From contig NC_043014.1 of the NCBI RefSeq assembly GCF_006345805.1, positions 43,710,001 to 43,774,000 on the forward strand: a stretch of 64,000 nt of DNA, written 5' to 3'. The notes beneath the pieces are model-generated. The model had not been told where the DNA came from, did not search any database, and saw only the letters and a list, made by a program, of their open reading frames with translations. Positions 62,950 through 64,000 of this stretch are shown in pieces. The DNA comes from Octopus sinensis (Eukaryota). Made by a program: the position numbers and the translations under genes. Numbering within the stretch: position 1 is the first letter of the stretch; each line of letters begins with the position of its first letter.

Positions 62950-64000
62950 CATGTAGTGGAGGCGCAATGGCCCAGTGGTTAGGGCAGCGGACTCGCAGTC
63001 GTAGGATTGCGGTTTCGATTCCCAGACCGGGCGTTGTGTGTGTTTATTGAGCGAAAACACCTAAAATCTCCACGAGGCTCCGGCAGGGGGTGGTGATCCC
63101 TGCTGTACTCTTTCACCACTCTTTCTATCTTCTGTTGGCCTGCACATATATAAACATGTAGTCGAGGCACAATGGCCCAGTGGTTAGAGCAGCGGACTCG
63201 CAGTCATAGGCTCGCGGTTTCGATTCCCAGACTGGGCGTTGTGTGTGTGTTATTGAGCGAAAACACCTAAAAGCTCCACGAGGCTTCTGCAAGGGGTGGT
63301 GATCCCTGCTGTACTCTTTCACCACTCTTTCTATCTTCTGTTGGCCTGCACATATATAAACATGTAGTGGAGACACAATGGCCCAGTGGTTAGAGCAGCG
63401 GACTCGCAGTCGTAGGATCGCGGTTTCGATTCCCAGACCGGGCGTTGTGTGTGTTTATTGAGCGAAAACACCTAAAAGCTCCATGAGGCTCCAGCAGTGT
63501 GGGGGGGGGGGGGTGATCCCTGCTGTACTCCTTCACCACTCTTTCTATCTCCTGTTGGCCTGCACATATATAAACATGTAGTGGAGGCACACTGGCCCAG
63601 TGGTTAGAGCAGCGGACTCGCAGTCGTAGGATCGCGGTTTCGATCCCAGACCGAGCGTTGTGTGTGTGTTTATTGAGTGAAAACACCTAAAAGCTCAACG
63701 AGGCTCCGGCAGGGGGTGGTGATCCTGCTGTACTCTTTCACCACTCTTTCTATCTTCTGTTGGCCTGCACATATATAAACATGTAGTCGAGGCACAATGG
63801 CCCAGTGGTTAGAGCACGGACTCGCAGTCATAGGCTCGCGGTTTCGATTCCCAGACTGGGCGTTGTGTGTGTGTTTATTGAGCGAAAACACCTAAAAGCT
63901 CCACGAGGCTTCTGCAAGGGGTGGTGATCCCTGCTGTACTCTTTCACCACTCTTTCTATCTTCTGTTGGCCTGCACATATATAAACATGTAGTGGAGACA
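62950..64000 (+). repeat. Tandem array of ~205-bp S3-like SINE heads (5 full units, continuing off the window)
   Basis: Units start at 62950, 63155, 63361, 63575, 63780 and 63986. Each has an A box TGGCCCAGTGG and a B box GGTTTCGAT(T)CC. Confidence 0.92.

Noticed and set aside
62950-64000. tRNA gene cluster or CRISPR-like array
   Set aside because: The heads lack a complete acceptor stem and continue into SINE body sequence. Units are wholly repeated with no unique spacers, and there are no cas genes.

Overview
AT-rich, repeat-dense animal genomic DNA. The SINE and MITE families resemble those I recall from Octopus genomes; this is recall, not a search result. No protein-coding gene, rRNA or true tRNA can be called, and nearly all ORFs in the track are microsatellite or SINE artefacts. 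The window holds about 30 copies or fragments of one tRNA-derived SINE (S1), a second SINE (S2) that often occurs as 184-bp multimers, and RTE-like 3' tails. It also holds piggyBac (TTAA), hAT (8-bp TSD) and Tc1/mariner (TA) MITEs, a TTAGGG-carrying TIR/fold-back family, long microsatellites and several young tandem arrays. The most notable signal is a set of four unrelated short repeat families that each contain a minimal type-I hammerhead-ribozyme fold of the kind known from Penelope-like elements. The core 3-8 pair covaries across families (C-G, G-C, U-A) and stem III is palindromic, as in hammerheads that cleave as dimers. Fold-back junctions sit at the ribozyme 5' edge, and one family is amplified into a 113-bp tandem array. 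All ribozyme folds were made by hand and are untested.
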